From positions 62,001-89,426 of the forward strand of contig KZ538264.1 in NCBI GenBank assembly GCA_000934665.2: a stretch of DNA of 27,426 nucleotides, given 5' to 3'. This DNA is from Catajapyx aquilonaris. Its lineage: Eukaryota. The notes under the pieces were generated by a model. It was not told the origin of the DNA, searched no databases, and saw only the letters and a program-made list of their open reading frames with translations. Made by a program: the position numbers and the translations under genes. Shown piece after piece: positions 12,032 to 24,800 of the stretch; position 1 is the stretch's first letter; each line of letters opens with the position of its first letter.

Positions 12032-15000
12032 GGGGGGGGGGGAGGCTTTTTTTTTCATACGGGGTTCTGCAACCGACAACAACCGACGCTGGGGATCCTT
12101 TTAAGCCTCGTGGGTATGGTGGGAGCTAAAATGTGGCAAGTTTTTAGATCGGAGGAGACCAATACTACTGTGGCTATTAAGCTGTCGATCGCCAGCTGAA
12201 GTAAGGGTCCAGATATAGGACTGGGCTAGGCTGAGGTGAAGACATGAAGTGTCATTGATTTCGGTGAAATGTTAGTAAAATCATGTGAACTACAAAATAC
12301 TAGGTAGAATGTTTTTCCAGAAAATACAGATGCGTTGTCATGCTATGGATGTGGAAGTACAATTGCATTTGTCGTAGGTCATTACTAGATTAATGCAGCG
12401 GGTTAATAGTCAAAGGGTATACTAATGAGACCTCCCAGTGCTGTGTTTAGGTGTGTGTAGCCACACATATTAGTATCAGCTCTGATATTATTCACAACTT
12501 ATCACAGGGAGGATTTTCCCGCATATTTTATCATTCGTGTATCAAATACCCTGCAGCCTGTTTTAAGTATACATGCATTTGACACCTTATACTGTATAAT
12601 CAGTAGTGGACAATATCAGTACAGTATGCCTGAAATTATAGAATTAAGCAGGCCCAATCCTCTCGTGCACGCCAACATATCCATTTTCACGTCGCCCCAA
12701 CCGGCCTGCAATGTCATACTCTCACATCCGTCGACGAATACAGTGCATGCCAGCAACCGACCCTGACGCAATATTTTCCGCCTGTCACATTTTACTGCAC
12801 CGCATCTTTTTGCCATTCCAACTTCACTTGTAACTCCCTGCTGACCTATGTCGACTTCAAGTTCAAACCAACGCAACTTGTCGACTGATCATGCACATAT
12901 ATTTTTGGACCCGTTTCATGTCAAGAAAACGTCCTTATTCTAGCACTGGGCTGTTTTCCAACACATGTATGTGTGTGTGAGGAAATGTCTTTCACTGCTG
13001 GAGCGTATATGCCTGGTGCGATTGGAAAACAATATTTTTGCTTCAGCTGCAACATGGCAGATTGACATTTTGGGCCAGAACTTTCCAGGCCAACGGAGAC
13101 CTAAGTCGGTTTTCCCCTTCCAACCCACACTCCATACCAGATTCCGCCTGTCACTGCATACTGCTAATCAATACAGATATTGTGTTCATTTTGGTCTTTG
13201 GAAGTGACGGTTGGCCCAAGGACAAAAAAAATGCAGTATTTCTTTGAAGTTCTTAAATTCAGTCTGTCAAAGAACCCTGCACTGTATTCCCTCTTCCCGT
13301 TGTCAGTCAGAGGTTTCATTTATACTGGAGCGCTTGGCAGAGGATTAATTACCTCAACTGCAAACAATGAAAAAAATAACACCGAGGAAAGACTGCAATT
13401 TCGCAAAATTTTAATTTTGTTTCCTGAACCGGAGGGGTTGAAATGATGCGCAGATTTCTCTGTAATAAAAACTACTCCAGTTCGCATTAATTGTCTATGA
13501 TTAATGCATTCAAATCAATTCATGTGCGAAGTACTGTGTAGGTAATGAAAGGAGCTAACTGCGGCCCCGTTACTGGGGAACAGTCGCGGGGCATCAAATT
13601 GGAGTGGTGCCAGGATAATTTGATGCATTGAATTTCAACCAAGGGAACATGTAACTCCAGAATTGTTTTGCGAGTTAGTTACGGAAATTAGAAAGTTCAT
13701 TAGAATACAGCCTAAGCTACGAGTTTATGCAGAATCATGCGATGGTAGCTGCTGGTATAACAGTAACTCCATAATGTTGATTTTTAATTAATATGCCATG
13801 AAACTGACAATTTTCAGGCACGTCTCATGACTTCCAATGCGAATGACTGGCAACAAAGTGAGCGGTACAATGTATTTAATTGATAAATGCGTACGTACCT
13901 GAACAAAATGCTTCATTATTCAACAATGCCAAATGTGATCAGTGTTATTTTTCTTTCACACTAAAGCTACATTAAATGGCTCTGACACATCCCGCAACCT
14001 GTGTACAAAATATAAAGGCATATAAAATACATAACACTATATCAGGATATTAAATTATGTAACATTGTTTTTGAGGAAAATCCTACCACAACATGCATAA
14101 TTATGAAGTTCTCAATTTTTAATAAACACTAGAGGCAAGTATAGATGTAAAAATAACACGAGGCTTTACAGGCAGGAACGACGAGCACGTAATAAAGTAT
14201 CGAGTAGTGGGATGAAAAAAAAGAGAGAAAATTTGAGGTAGGGGCCAAAAGGGAAGGCCTGACAGGCCATAACCTCAAAACTCCTGCCACCTTCATCTAC
14301 GTGACGTCAAGAGGAGATGGGCAATTTTGCTTCCAGGCCAATTTTTGTGCAGCCTTATGGCGTTAAAAATGAATTGCAGTTGCCCTACGATGTGCTTCTT
14401 TTCCTCCCCTGCCCAAAACAAGAAACGACCTCGCGTCATACTGGCCTGTTCCTCGGAAGCAACATTAATAAACTTTTTCACTGGCAACTGGCAACTTCTC
14501 AGTTTATAATTCATACTCCATGCAGATTGGTTCTAATAAAAGTAGTAGTCTACCAGTATAGTGGTGGTCATTACGGTCTACCACTACGAAACGCATGTTT
14601 CATCCGATTCAAACTTACATCGTTTTTAAAGTTACTTTTCAACACCATAGTATTTTGCCATATCAGCATTACTTTAAGGATCAAATCGTCTCAACGTGAA
14701 AAAATACGAGCGCATTTTCTGACCTCATGCTGAATGTACTGCATGGAAGTGGAAGACTTGACAACTACTTGGAGACCTCTCTGAGTTCCACCGTTTGACT
14801 GAACTATACTTTGATTTAGCCAATTAAGGCCCATGAAAAATGTGGGGCTACAGAGCAGCTAAGAGGCAAAGAGGAAAATTTTCCTACGTAGTAGAGGAAC
14901 TGTATGCATGAAAGGAAACCTCTTGACCTTTTTTTTTGTGAATTGATGAATCTGCTCACTCTTCGGGTGGTAAAACCATAAGGGTGTGTTGTTTAGTTAT

Positions 15001-18000
15001 ATAAAGTTTTCACATGGAGCTGACCTTTTTAGAATACAGCTATAACCAGACCCGTATAGGCCCCCTGGAGAGCTGTCTTCAGCACACCTTATATCAGAGG
15101 GAAATAGGCGTACTTTATAAACATATTTCTACCAGTACTCATTTTTGGCCCGTGGCATTATTACTTAGCCTACTCACACATAATTGGTTAAATTTCCAGT
15201 CTATAGTACGTTCCTGATAAGTTGTGCCATGGCAATGGCTGGCATGGTTATGAACTCCGATCCTAATTTTCCACGTCTGAGAAGATTCCTTTGAGCCGGG
15301 ACAGCCCAAAGAAGCAGGATGTAAGGGGCCTGACTTGTAGTCATGACGATGAAAGAGTTTCTTCCTCACACCACCTCATCCAGATCCCCATATTACGGGC
15401 GCAATCGGTCTCGGCTTTCCAAACCACCTTCCACGTAAACCAGCAGGAAAAATGAAATCACAAAAAGACGGGCGGCGATGGAAAAGAAAACCGTTTGAAG
15501 AGGACTGCTGCTGCTGGGATTACCTCCAACACTTGGAATAATTCCACCGCACTTACCAGGGGATTAAAGAACCCCCAACTCCCATTCCCCATCTAACTCC
15601 ATCTTGGAGACTCGGCCCAGATTGCGAATAAAACCCAGTTTCTCCGCTGCACAATCTCCCCTCATTGCTCCTCTTATTATTCCTTTCCCTATAGCTACCT
15701 TTTCATCCTCTACCCCTCACTTTTTTACATTTTCTTGACTTAATGTCACCTTAGAGTTTCTGCACCATGAACAATTCTTGTTCTCATTACAGCTGCAGTG
15801 ATGGTGTTAATTTTTATCGACAATACGGTGGTCTTTTCTAATGGCACACCACAGTACCCTTCTGTACAACAGGGTCTACTTAGCAACTGTATCTCGAGAG
15901 TTACTGAAAAAGGAAATAATAACTTTGTCTAAAAACTGTGTGGTCATGCGCACAGAATTCCGCCCGTATCCATGGTACATGGCTAATTTTGATACCTTGT
16001 AGGCCTATTCATAGTGGATAACTTGGAAAGAAAAATCGTGAAACAAAATTAGCAGAACATGGAACAAAACCTTATTTTAATACCAAGTGCAGCTATTTTC
16101 CCTTGCATATTAGTATAGTTCCAAAAAAAAAAGGAACCGGTACATTAGTTTCACCCTAAGACTAATATTAACTTCGTTCCTGAAGCTCAGAGCGATATTC
16201 AAAGTAGGCACTGTAAATGTGGACAAATAATTTCTTAACATTATGAACAAATGTAATTTTTCATCTTTCAAGTTACAGCGAATACGGTTATCATTTTTTA
16301 AAGTTATTTTTCTAAACATGATAAAAGGTACAGTGCCTCAGTAGAAGGATAAATATGTAAAAAAAAAGCGTCATCCATTTTCGTACGTGACAGTTCGCTA
16401 ACCGCTTTCTATTATAGATATAGTTTTCAGCAAAATCTTCTCCATGGGAGATCAGAAACACGATCGGAACACCTGCTGCGTAGACTTCATGGCCTGAGCA
16501 AGAGAGAGACGCATTAGTTAACAGGCTGTCAAGGACAATAGTGTGCAAGTGATGGCTGTTTATTTATATACTGTATATATATCTGTACACTCTATAGAGT
16601 ACATGACATATAGTGTGCTGTATCCCTATCCTGATGTTATTCGCCAAATTAATGCTGCTTTTTTCAGAATCAAATTAAAAATACCAGCATCAGGTATAAT
16701 TTATTATGTATGTAGTACGTAGGCCTAAACCCATGTTGAAGGGTACCAAGAAATGTTTTGTAGGCGTAAAATGGGTTCATGTAGCCATAGCCTACATGGA
16801 TGACCAGCAGCTGAGTGCAGATGTGCAGTTGATTTTAGCAATTGTCATTCGGCAAAGAGTATCAGCTGCAATTATGCAAAAATAGCGCTGCGCCAAATGC
16901 AGTAACATAGCAGGGGAATCGGCTCATATTAGAAGTGGATGAAAAACGTGTACGGATGTGGTGGAAGTTGGCAATTGGCTAGCATGTACTGGAAGTAACC
17001 CCATACGTGCAATACGACGTGCCATGTGATATCTCTGCAGCATCATGGGATCTCTCATTCCAAGCATACAAAGCGCTTCCTATAGAAAAGGACGAAAATC
17101 AATTTGCAAAGTAATGAGAACGAGCTTTTGTCACCAAATGGAGAAAACTCGGTAGATAATTTGCATAGGGCTACGTGGCCAATCTCCTGTGCTCTAAAGC
17201 TATGACGGCTTTGTTTTCATGTTATATGGCGTCATAGTAACTATCATGCATAAGTTAATGAAGATTTTTACATATGCACTTTGAAGCACGTTTTTGAAAT
17301 ATGGCAGGAATATACTGATAAAATATACATGACTGTGAGTTACGTAGTTGCCGCGTAGTGTAAAATTTCAGTAAGAGGAGAGTGCTTACCAGTGCTAAAA
17401 ATAATTATAACCACTCTACTGGATCCATGCTTTACTATAATATTGAGCATAATGGCACACTATTGTCAGTGTGCTACATTAAATAATTGAAACATATATA
17501 TTGTGTCCCTGGCTTTATTATTTGAAAGACCGACCGAATATGACAAAATGTTCAAAGTGACACGTCATGCTGTTTAAAACTGCACTGTACCTTATACTTT
17601 AGTGTCACTCATACAAAAATGTGTATCTGAATTTGATAACAGATAAGCATATAACTTTTTTTGGGGTTTATTTACCGCCCGATTTTTGACATCCCACTTT
17701 GGCTAAGCCTTTCCGTTCCAGATAGGAAGATGTGATTTTAAGCCTGTGAATGCCATGTTATTCGTCATGTCATTTCATTTGGTTGCTCACGCAAAAGGTA
17801 AGCCGGATGAAGAAAATAGGTTTATGGTCAGGGCCGACTGGGATTCGATAAACGAAAAAAAAAAATCTCACTAATTTTCCCTCCAGTTTCTGTTCCCACC
17901 GAATGTGAAAACGTACTTGAACCTCCAAAAAAATTCTGCTCCATCACCTTTAGAAAAACACTCCACTGGCTGGATTTGAGCTCTCCCACGGTCCTATTGG

Positions 18001-21000
18001 CAGCAGCGAAGATATTCAAAACAGTGTCACCGTAACTGCCCCTTCCCCCAGCAGCAGGACGCACTCTACCATAATGTGAATTGATCTGGCTCTCGACAAG
18101 AGAATCTAAATTCCTATGCTCGACTGACGTTTTGCCTGCTAAGTTGGAGCCGCTTTCATGACAGCATTGATAAGCAGTAAGGCAAATCTGGGAGGCTGGA
18201 GATCCTTTCCATTTCCGGAAAAAAGAAACATATCACTGCTGCAAGAAAGAGAAAGCGATCCGTGTAGGGACAGACAAGACCTATCAATAATTCAGGCGCT
18301 GCGTGCCGAATGGCCCAGGATTTTATTGCCTCAATCGGGAATGAAACTGCCGAACCCATGAGATTGTCCATGAAACCTGGCCTAAAAATCGGTAGGGGCA
18401 AATCTCTCCGAATTGGCAACCGGCGCTAATAATTCATAGGCAGTTCAAATAAACTGGATGCGTGCCTGCGGGGCATACGTGGCCTCCGACCAAAAGCCCC
18501 GCACAAAACGAGGAGAGCCCACGCTTGTTGCCAGAGACACCAGGATCCCATTAGAAATCTACACCGCAAATGTGATATACATACCGTATGTAACTTGCAA
18601 TGCAAGCTACACCAGGCCGTCGTAATCCGGATTGCTTGCGTTTCAAAAATACATGCTACATTCTGCTCTACATCAACTTTTCAGCAGTATACACAACACA
18701 GAAATATGTATCAGGTTGGTTTGAAGACTTATAAGAAGTTATGATAATTCTGAAAATACGAGGGGAACCACCCCATAGAGTAATATTCTGAAGTGGATTG
18801 AGCGGCGAAGTGAAAACATCAAAATTCATTCACAATGATATCGATTTCGATGCTTTCTATCTCTCTGGTGGGGGACTTGAGAATCTTCAAGGGATTCTTG
18901 GCTAGATTTCGATTGCTTTCTGTAATCCGAATCAAAATGGCCTCGCCCTTCATACGTGAAAGCTCGCTTTATCTTTGCACTAGAGGTATAGGGCTGCAGC
19001 TACATTCGACATTTATATGTCCGGACTTGGTACAGTATTTTGTTACACCGAATGTGTAAGGTTTCTAAGGTTAGGCTAATTCTTTTACTGTAACCGTAGC
19101 GGTAGGTATATTGCAGAAGTGTACCGGAGTTCATTTTATAAGGCTTCTTTATAAAACTGCAACATTTTGAAGAAGAAAAAACTTGTACAGCGCAACACCC
19201 AGGCTGAGACCTGGGGCAAGATTACTACACTGTAATAGATCCATTTTCATATTATTCCGCAGAATATTACTGCACATACCCTCCAGATGTATGGAAAAGA
19301 AACAGCTACCTTGTTTTAATAATACCTGAAAGTTCAAAAGTATATTTTGTGCCTTTAACCATTTAAGTCAGAGGTGGAAAAAAAACCCTCTTTTGCATTC
19401 ACCTACAGAAATTGTTTCATACCAACCTCTGGTAATACGCCACGAAAGCTTTCCCAAACTATCGGATTTGGTGCAAGCTTACTGTATGTTTCGAGGCTAC
19501 ATTACCGCCAAAGCCTTTACAGTATCTCGCTTCAACACGCGATGCGCATATCCTTTTAAAGTTCACCGTGCGACCCATACACACAATCAGATAATGTTAA
19601 AAGAGTCGAGGAAACTACAGAGCGTTGAAGGCGAAGGTGTCAGTTCCAATTGGTGGGCACGTCTTGTGACAAGCCAGGTTCGTAACTCAATCCCGAGCTG
19701 CATCGTATAAAATGCATGGGCGTGGGGACTTGACACATGGAGTGTGGGGACTGATGGAAATGATTGCTCGTCACGGTCGTAACAAGGCACATGTCGCACT
19801 AGTTCAGATCCATTGCACACGACCATTGATTTTGTTAGCGCAACCATATCCAAAAAACGACTAGGCACAAGGCGATATATCAGGCAAAAACGAAATTTTT
19901 CCAGACTAATTGTGACCACCTCTGACCCAAAGCAAAACTCCTAAAAAAAAAAAAAAGAAACACAACAAACGTTCTTCGTTTATTCACCAGCGGGCGCTCA
20001 GGTTATTTTCCACGTTCCAACACACACTCACTCCACTCTCTCAAAATGCCGCAGCTAATTTATGCACTTTGGGACGCAAATGCAAGCGTCCCTTTGTGAA
20101 GGAGGATCCTTTCTGGCTCTTCTACGTCTAAAATAAACTACAGGGACATAGACAGGCACTAAATGGAATCAGGGATCGTTACACTCACTACTTGACGCCC
20201 AGACATTGTCACTCCATGTTCAGGGTGTGGAATAATGATACAGTGAACAATATAGTCTGGAGAAAAATCTATGACGAATCACAAAAATGGATGGCATACT
20301 TTCACTCAATATTGCCATTATAAATTTACCAGGGTGAGAAGGCTTAGTTAGACTTTTTTTCAGCTTGCTGGTGTCACTGGAGGTCATGTGAAATGACGAG
20401 ATCGTATAATGGTGGATGTTCACAGTTAATGGGCATTTTAATCGGCTTATGGTGGGCAAGTCTGCACTCGGCAGCAGACATGTTAAAAGTGTCTTTCAGT
20501 TCGTGCAAGTACCTGGAATCTACTTCTGGCCTGAAATATTGCCAGCTGAAAGTAGGGTTTTTTAAATAGTTGTTTTGAGTTTTGAGGGAGAAATGATTGT
20601 TGTAAATAACTGGGTGAACACATGGCACATATCACAGTGTACCGTATGCTGGATCGATATGACAGAGCTTGTATGTCAAACCAAACAAAATTTCTGAAAA
20701 ACTACAACCCCATTTGCAATTGACATGGTGACCAACAACCACACGTCCATGTAATTGAGGGGCTTGGTGGAGAACCAGTTGGCTCCATTGAGAAAACTGC
20801 AAAAATGTGTTTAAAAAATTCAGATTTTACACCAGAAGTGTAAAAATAAGTCGGGTGAATTACTCACAACGGTTGTTAAAATGGTGTTATAAGAAGTAAG
20901 CCGGTAACCAAATAATTCATAAATAAATCAATTTTAAAATCCGTGGAGCTACCTGGTTGACTCGGACGAGCAAATGATGTAGTGTACATAATTATTTGAT

Positions 21001-21608
21001 GAGTTGACACGGATCCTTTTACCAGCAGAAGTGTGAAAAGGTATCGGAGGAAGGGTGGGGGGTGGATTAGAAAGTGATTCTGGGAATGAAATGGCTGCAT
21101 TGACACGAACGAAAGTAATCCAAGAGTAGAAAATGGGCTGCAAACGAGGTGGTGCCGGCTCGTTTGCGAACAAAAGCCAGGCGGGACACAAAAGGCCGCC
21201 TGTCCAAAGACACTGGTGCCGTTTTAGTGGAGTCGGATTGATCGGGGTTGCAGCCCAGATTGGCACACTGAAAGCCTGGGAATTGAAATTAAGGAAGAGG
21301 GGAAGGGACAATCTGGGGGACAATTCCCTAGAAACTTATTACCTAGAACCTTTCAAGGAGGACAGACTTGTGTCCACCACTTTATCCCTGCCTCTCCGGT
21401 TGGCGCCAATTCCTTGGCTTACTGCACCATCCGCGCCTACAAACAATCGCCAATAGCGACATAAGTCTTCTTTCATTTCAACCCAACTGTTTCGGACCAG
21501 GACCGCGCAGGAAATTGCATTTCTCGACCCGTGTCACATTAACAATCCCGCAAGTGCAAGTGCTTTCCAACCCACATTACTTTCACAGACTACAGGTGCC
21601 ATCATGTA

Positions 21609-21856
21609 CAGCGCTGGACATTAATCCCGTCATACTGCTAGCGACATTTTCCGGCAGACGTGCAAATCGAACCGTGTGAGTAAGAAGAGGTAGGCCTTGA
21701 GTGACGTAACCGGCTGGGGGGCAATGGAGAAAAGGTTTGTCCCCAGCCAGTGACGTCACCCAAGGGCTATCATTTCTTACTCGCACGGTTCGATTTGCAC
21801 GTCTGCCGCATCGGAAAATGTCGCTATCAGTATGCTGGAATTAATGTCCAGCACTG
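21609..21856. mobile_element. Fold-back MITE of Tc1/mariner type (248 bp, non-autonomous), TA target-site duplication
   Basis: Left end is TA|CAGCGCTGGACATTAAT (TA at 21607-21608) and right end is ATTAATGTCCAGCACTG|TA (TA at 21857-21858). The arms (about 21609-21724 and 21737-21856) pair along almost the whole length. They include a perfect 25-bp core (21652-21676 vs 21784-21808), one 5-nt indel and a loop of about 12 nt. CAGTG termini with a TA duplication are the established Tc1/mariner signature. No transposase ORF is present. Confidence 0.88.
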
Positions 21857-24800
21857 TACATCCTGACTTGAATACCACATAGGACTATCAGCGGTCCAGT
21901 AAGGCCCAAACTTGCAGGCTATGAAAAGAGAGGTGGAAACCAACCTCCCTCGACTTTAGCACAAGTGTTGCCGTCGATTCGAGATATTGGCTTGGTGGAA
22001 AGAATAAAATCGATGCTGGCTGCTGGGGGAGCCAGGCATTTTTCACCTTCCTTTAGGTCAACACAGATCTCATGGGGGAATGGGGTTAGTTAGTGGAAGA
22101 GAAGCTAGCAGATCAGTCTATCCCATACACACTACTATCGCCTCTGAACACCATGCTCATTGATTTCTGGGAGGGGAAATAACCTGGGTATGTATAACAG
22201 GAGGCGCCAGATCATGATGGCTTGCGGCTTCTGCATGGCTCGGATTTTTTCCCCCGCCACTCTTGGATCGCGTTTGACCATGCGTGCTTCTCAATCCATG
22301 CGCGAAATTATCCATTTATTATAATCCCGGTCATAATTACCAATAAGCTGGTAATGCTAAAATAAACGTTTAATTATGACCATACCGTTCGCCGGCTTGT
22401 TTTATCGATCTGGACGTGTCAAATAAGCCTGCAGAATGGTTTAAAAAAAAGAGAGGATGGTTCCCAAAAATGCGTGCGATTCGAAATGTGTAACTGCTTT
22501 GTAGCAACGGACGTGCGTGGTTAATTGTAAAACTCTGTTGACAACAGGCTTATAAAAACGCATGAACCAAAAATGACTCAGTTGTTTGAAGTTAAATTAG
22601 CCATCATATATGTGCCATGCCAGCCAAACACAGATGGTGAATAAAAAGTATTTGTAACTGTCAAAAATTAATGAAAAATATTATGTTAATGATATGTACT
22701 GTTTTTTGAGGAGGATGAGATAGGAGTAGAGGTATTTGTAATCCTAGTAGGCCTAAACCAGCCTAGATGGAGAATCGTTAATTCTGCAACATCGCGTGAC
22801 CAGAAATCCTCAGGGGAAACTGGTTCACTTTCGGTGGCTCGGTATCCCATTTAATAATACACAAGCCCACTGCAGCACATCTCGCAAACATACCTACAGC
22901 GCCCCTGTCCAATTGATGTAAATTAGTGCTGAAACGCTTTAACTCAACGCAACGTCTGAAACACGCACATTAGATCATTACGCACCTTTGTTTGCATAAA
23001 TTAGCATTTTAATCCAACAGATTTAATATTAAAGCATCTTTAATTAAGCGGTCCGTTGTTTGCATTAACTAGTTTTTAGGACACGAAACCCAAAATTGGG
23101 TTGAAAAAAGCTAATCGAAAAATCACCCATTGCAATTTGTCCACTCTCTATAGTAACTTCCATTCCTTTCCCTTTCCCTATAGGTCTTTTCCTGGCCCCT
23201 GAAAGAGTGGTCATAACTGGTGGGTGGAAGGCGCTAAAAGTGGCACGCCAGAGGGAGTTAGTGCATCCATGAACACGTAATTGAGTTCCACCCACTTCAC
23301 TTTAAGCTGCCTGAGGAAAAAATATATAGGCTGTTTCAGGACGTGTAGAAAGAGAAAAAAAATAGTCCAGTCTTCCCCTTAGAAAAGTATGTGTAAACAG
23401 GCAAAGAAAAGGCAGAGGCTCAAAAGTATTTACAGCATCCCCATTTCATCAAGTACACAACTGATTACGTTTACAAGCCCATTTTCACGGCTTGAAAAAA
23501 CATCCGGGATCCCATTTCGAGTTTCAAAATGAAGTCATAAAATTTGGCCAACAGACACTCCGCCATTTGCCTCACAATCAATTACTGGGCACGTGGTAAT
23601 TTCCTCATCAAACAACGTCTCCGGAGTTGTTTTTTTTTAATCGTGGGAAAAAAACAAGGGGGATGTCAGCTGGTTATAAGATTTTTAGGTGACAAATGCA
23701 TTCTTCTGGATGACAAATAAAAAAGAAAGCAATCTTCATTGTTAGCTTAATTTGTTTGCACAAGCCGTATCCGTGACGAAAATCATGGCAATTATTCATA
23801 TTTTTTTATGCATTATATTTACTCCCATTGGTAGGGGGTGGTCGTTAAGAAAATATATAGAACTATTCTGATTCGGGTCATTCCATCCCCTGAAAATGTC
23901 CTCGGTTCAAAAATGGATGTAAATCATGGTGCTCTTTGTTGACAGGTGTGGTTCCACCATTTTATCCCCATCCCCCCCGTGCTGAAGATAAACACCTCCC
24001 ATCCTTCTCCTTATAATGAGTCTTATTAGACCCGGAACCTTAGAAACCCCCCCATCCCCATCTCCACCACCCTCTTTCCTCCTCCCAAATATCCGTGGCA
24101 TTCCCAAGTAATGAAGTCTTAACATGGCGCCGCCTACATAATTGTACATTAAATCTCCAGGGCCTTGGGTTTAAATAGGTACTTGGGGCGCTTGCAGGGA
24201 GGAACTTAATGGAGCGTTACCGGCGCTTCATCTGGCAAACAAACAAGCGCCTTCTTACTTACAGCCTATTCCCCAGCGGGCCACCCATCTTCGCCTATAC
24301 TATATCTAGGAAAAGATGAGGGGGGGGGGTGGTTGGCTCCAAACCCAATCTTTATAGGTGGATAAAAAAAAGTGCAAGTCAGAAGGCGGAATAACTCAAG
24401 AAGGGCTGATCAAACGACACAAGACGGCCTAATCGTGAAGCAGAATATCCAACAATAGGGGGGGGGGNAATTCCATTAGGCTGGTTTTTGATCGTGGTTG
24501 GTAACCCCCATTTGTTCACGTCACTTGGAATTGTGACAGGTTTTCATTCATGTGACAGAGGCAAGATAGGGTCTGTACAGCAAACACCGATAATGTCGCC
24601 AAGGGGAGATGTAGTGGGGGAACAAGAAAGAACTGGATTTTCCACAAAATATTTTTTTTGGAGGGTCCAAAATGGCCTGCAGCATCGGTCCGAGTGCTGT
24701 ATGTAAATGCTCCATGTCCATTACTGGCAACAAGAGCAGGCTAGTGTTGGAAACCAATGTCCAATTAAATTTGCATCCTTGGCAGGCGGCAAGCGGGTAC

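Noticed and set aside
11622..12199. ORFs of 160 and 122 aa
   Set aside because: They stay open partly because they read through the 51-N gap.
16206..16338. 10-bp inverted repeat AGGCACTGTA ... TACAGTGCCT
   Set aside because: The TA/CAGT ends point the wrong way for a MITE and pairing does not extend; probably chance.
18596..18611. Minus-strand resemblance to the 3' part of miR-33
   Set aside because: The seed region is absent and I see no precursor hairpin.
19636..19695. tRNA-like stretch (CAGTTCCAATTGGT ... CCAGGTTCG)
   Set aside because: The B box is broken (GGTTCGTAAC), no cloverleaf can be drawn, and no SINE body is recognisable.
4556..24776. Five octamer motifs ATTTGCAT/ATGCAAAT (4556, 6603, 9910, 17159, 24769)
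   Set aside because: They are dispersed and only modestly above the 1-2 expected in AT-rich DNA, with no associated snRNA gene seen.
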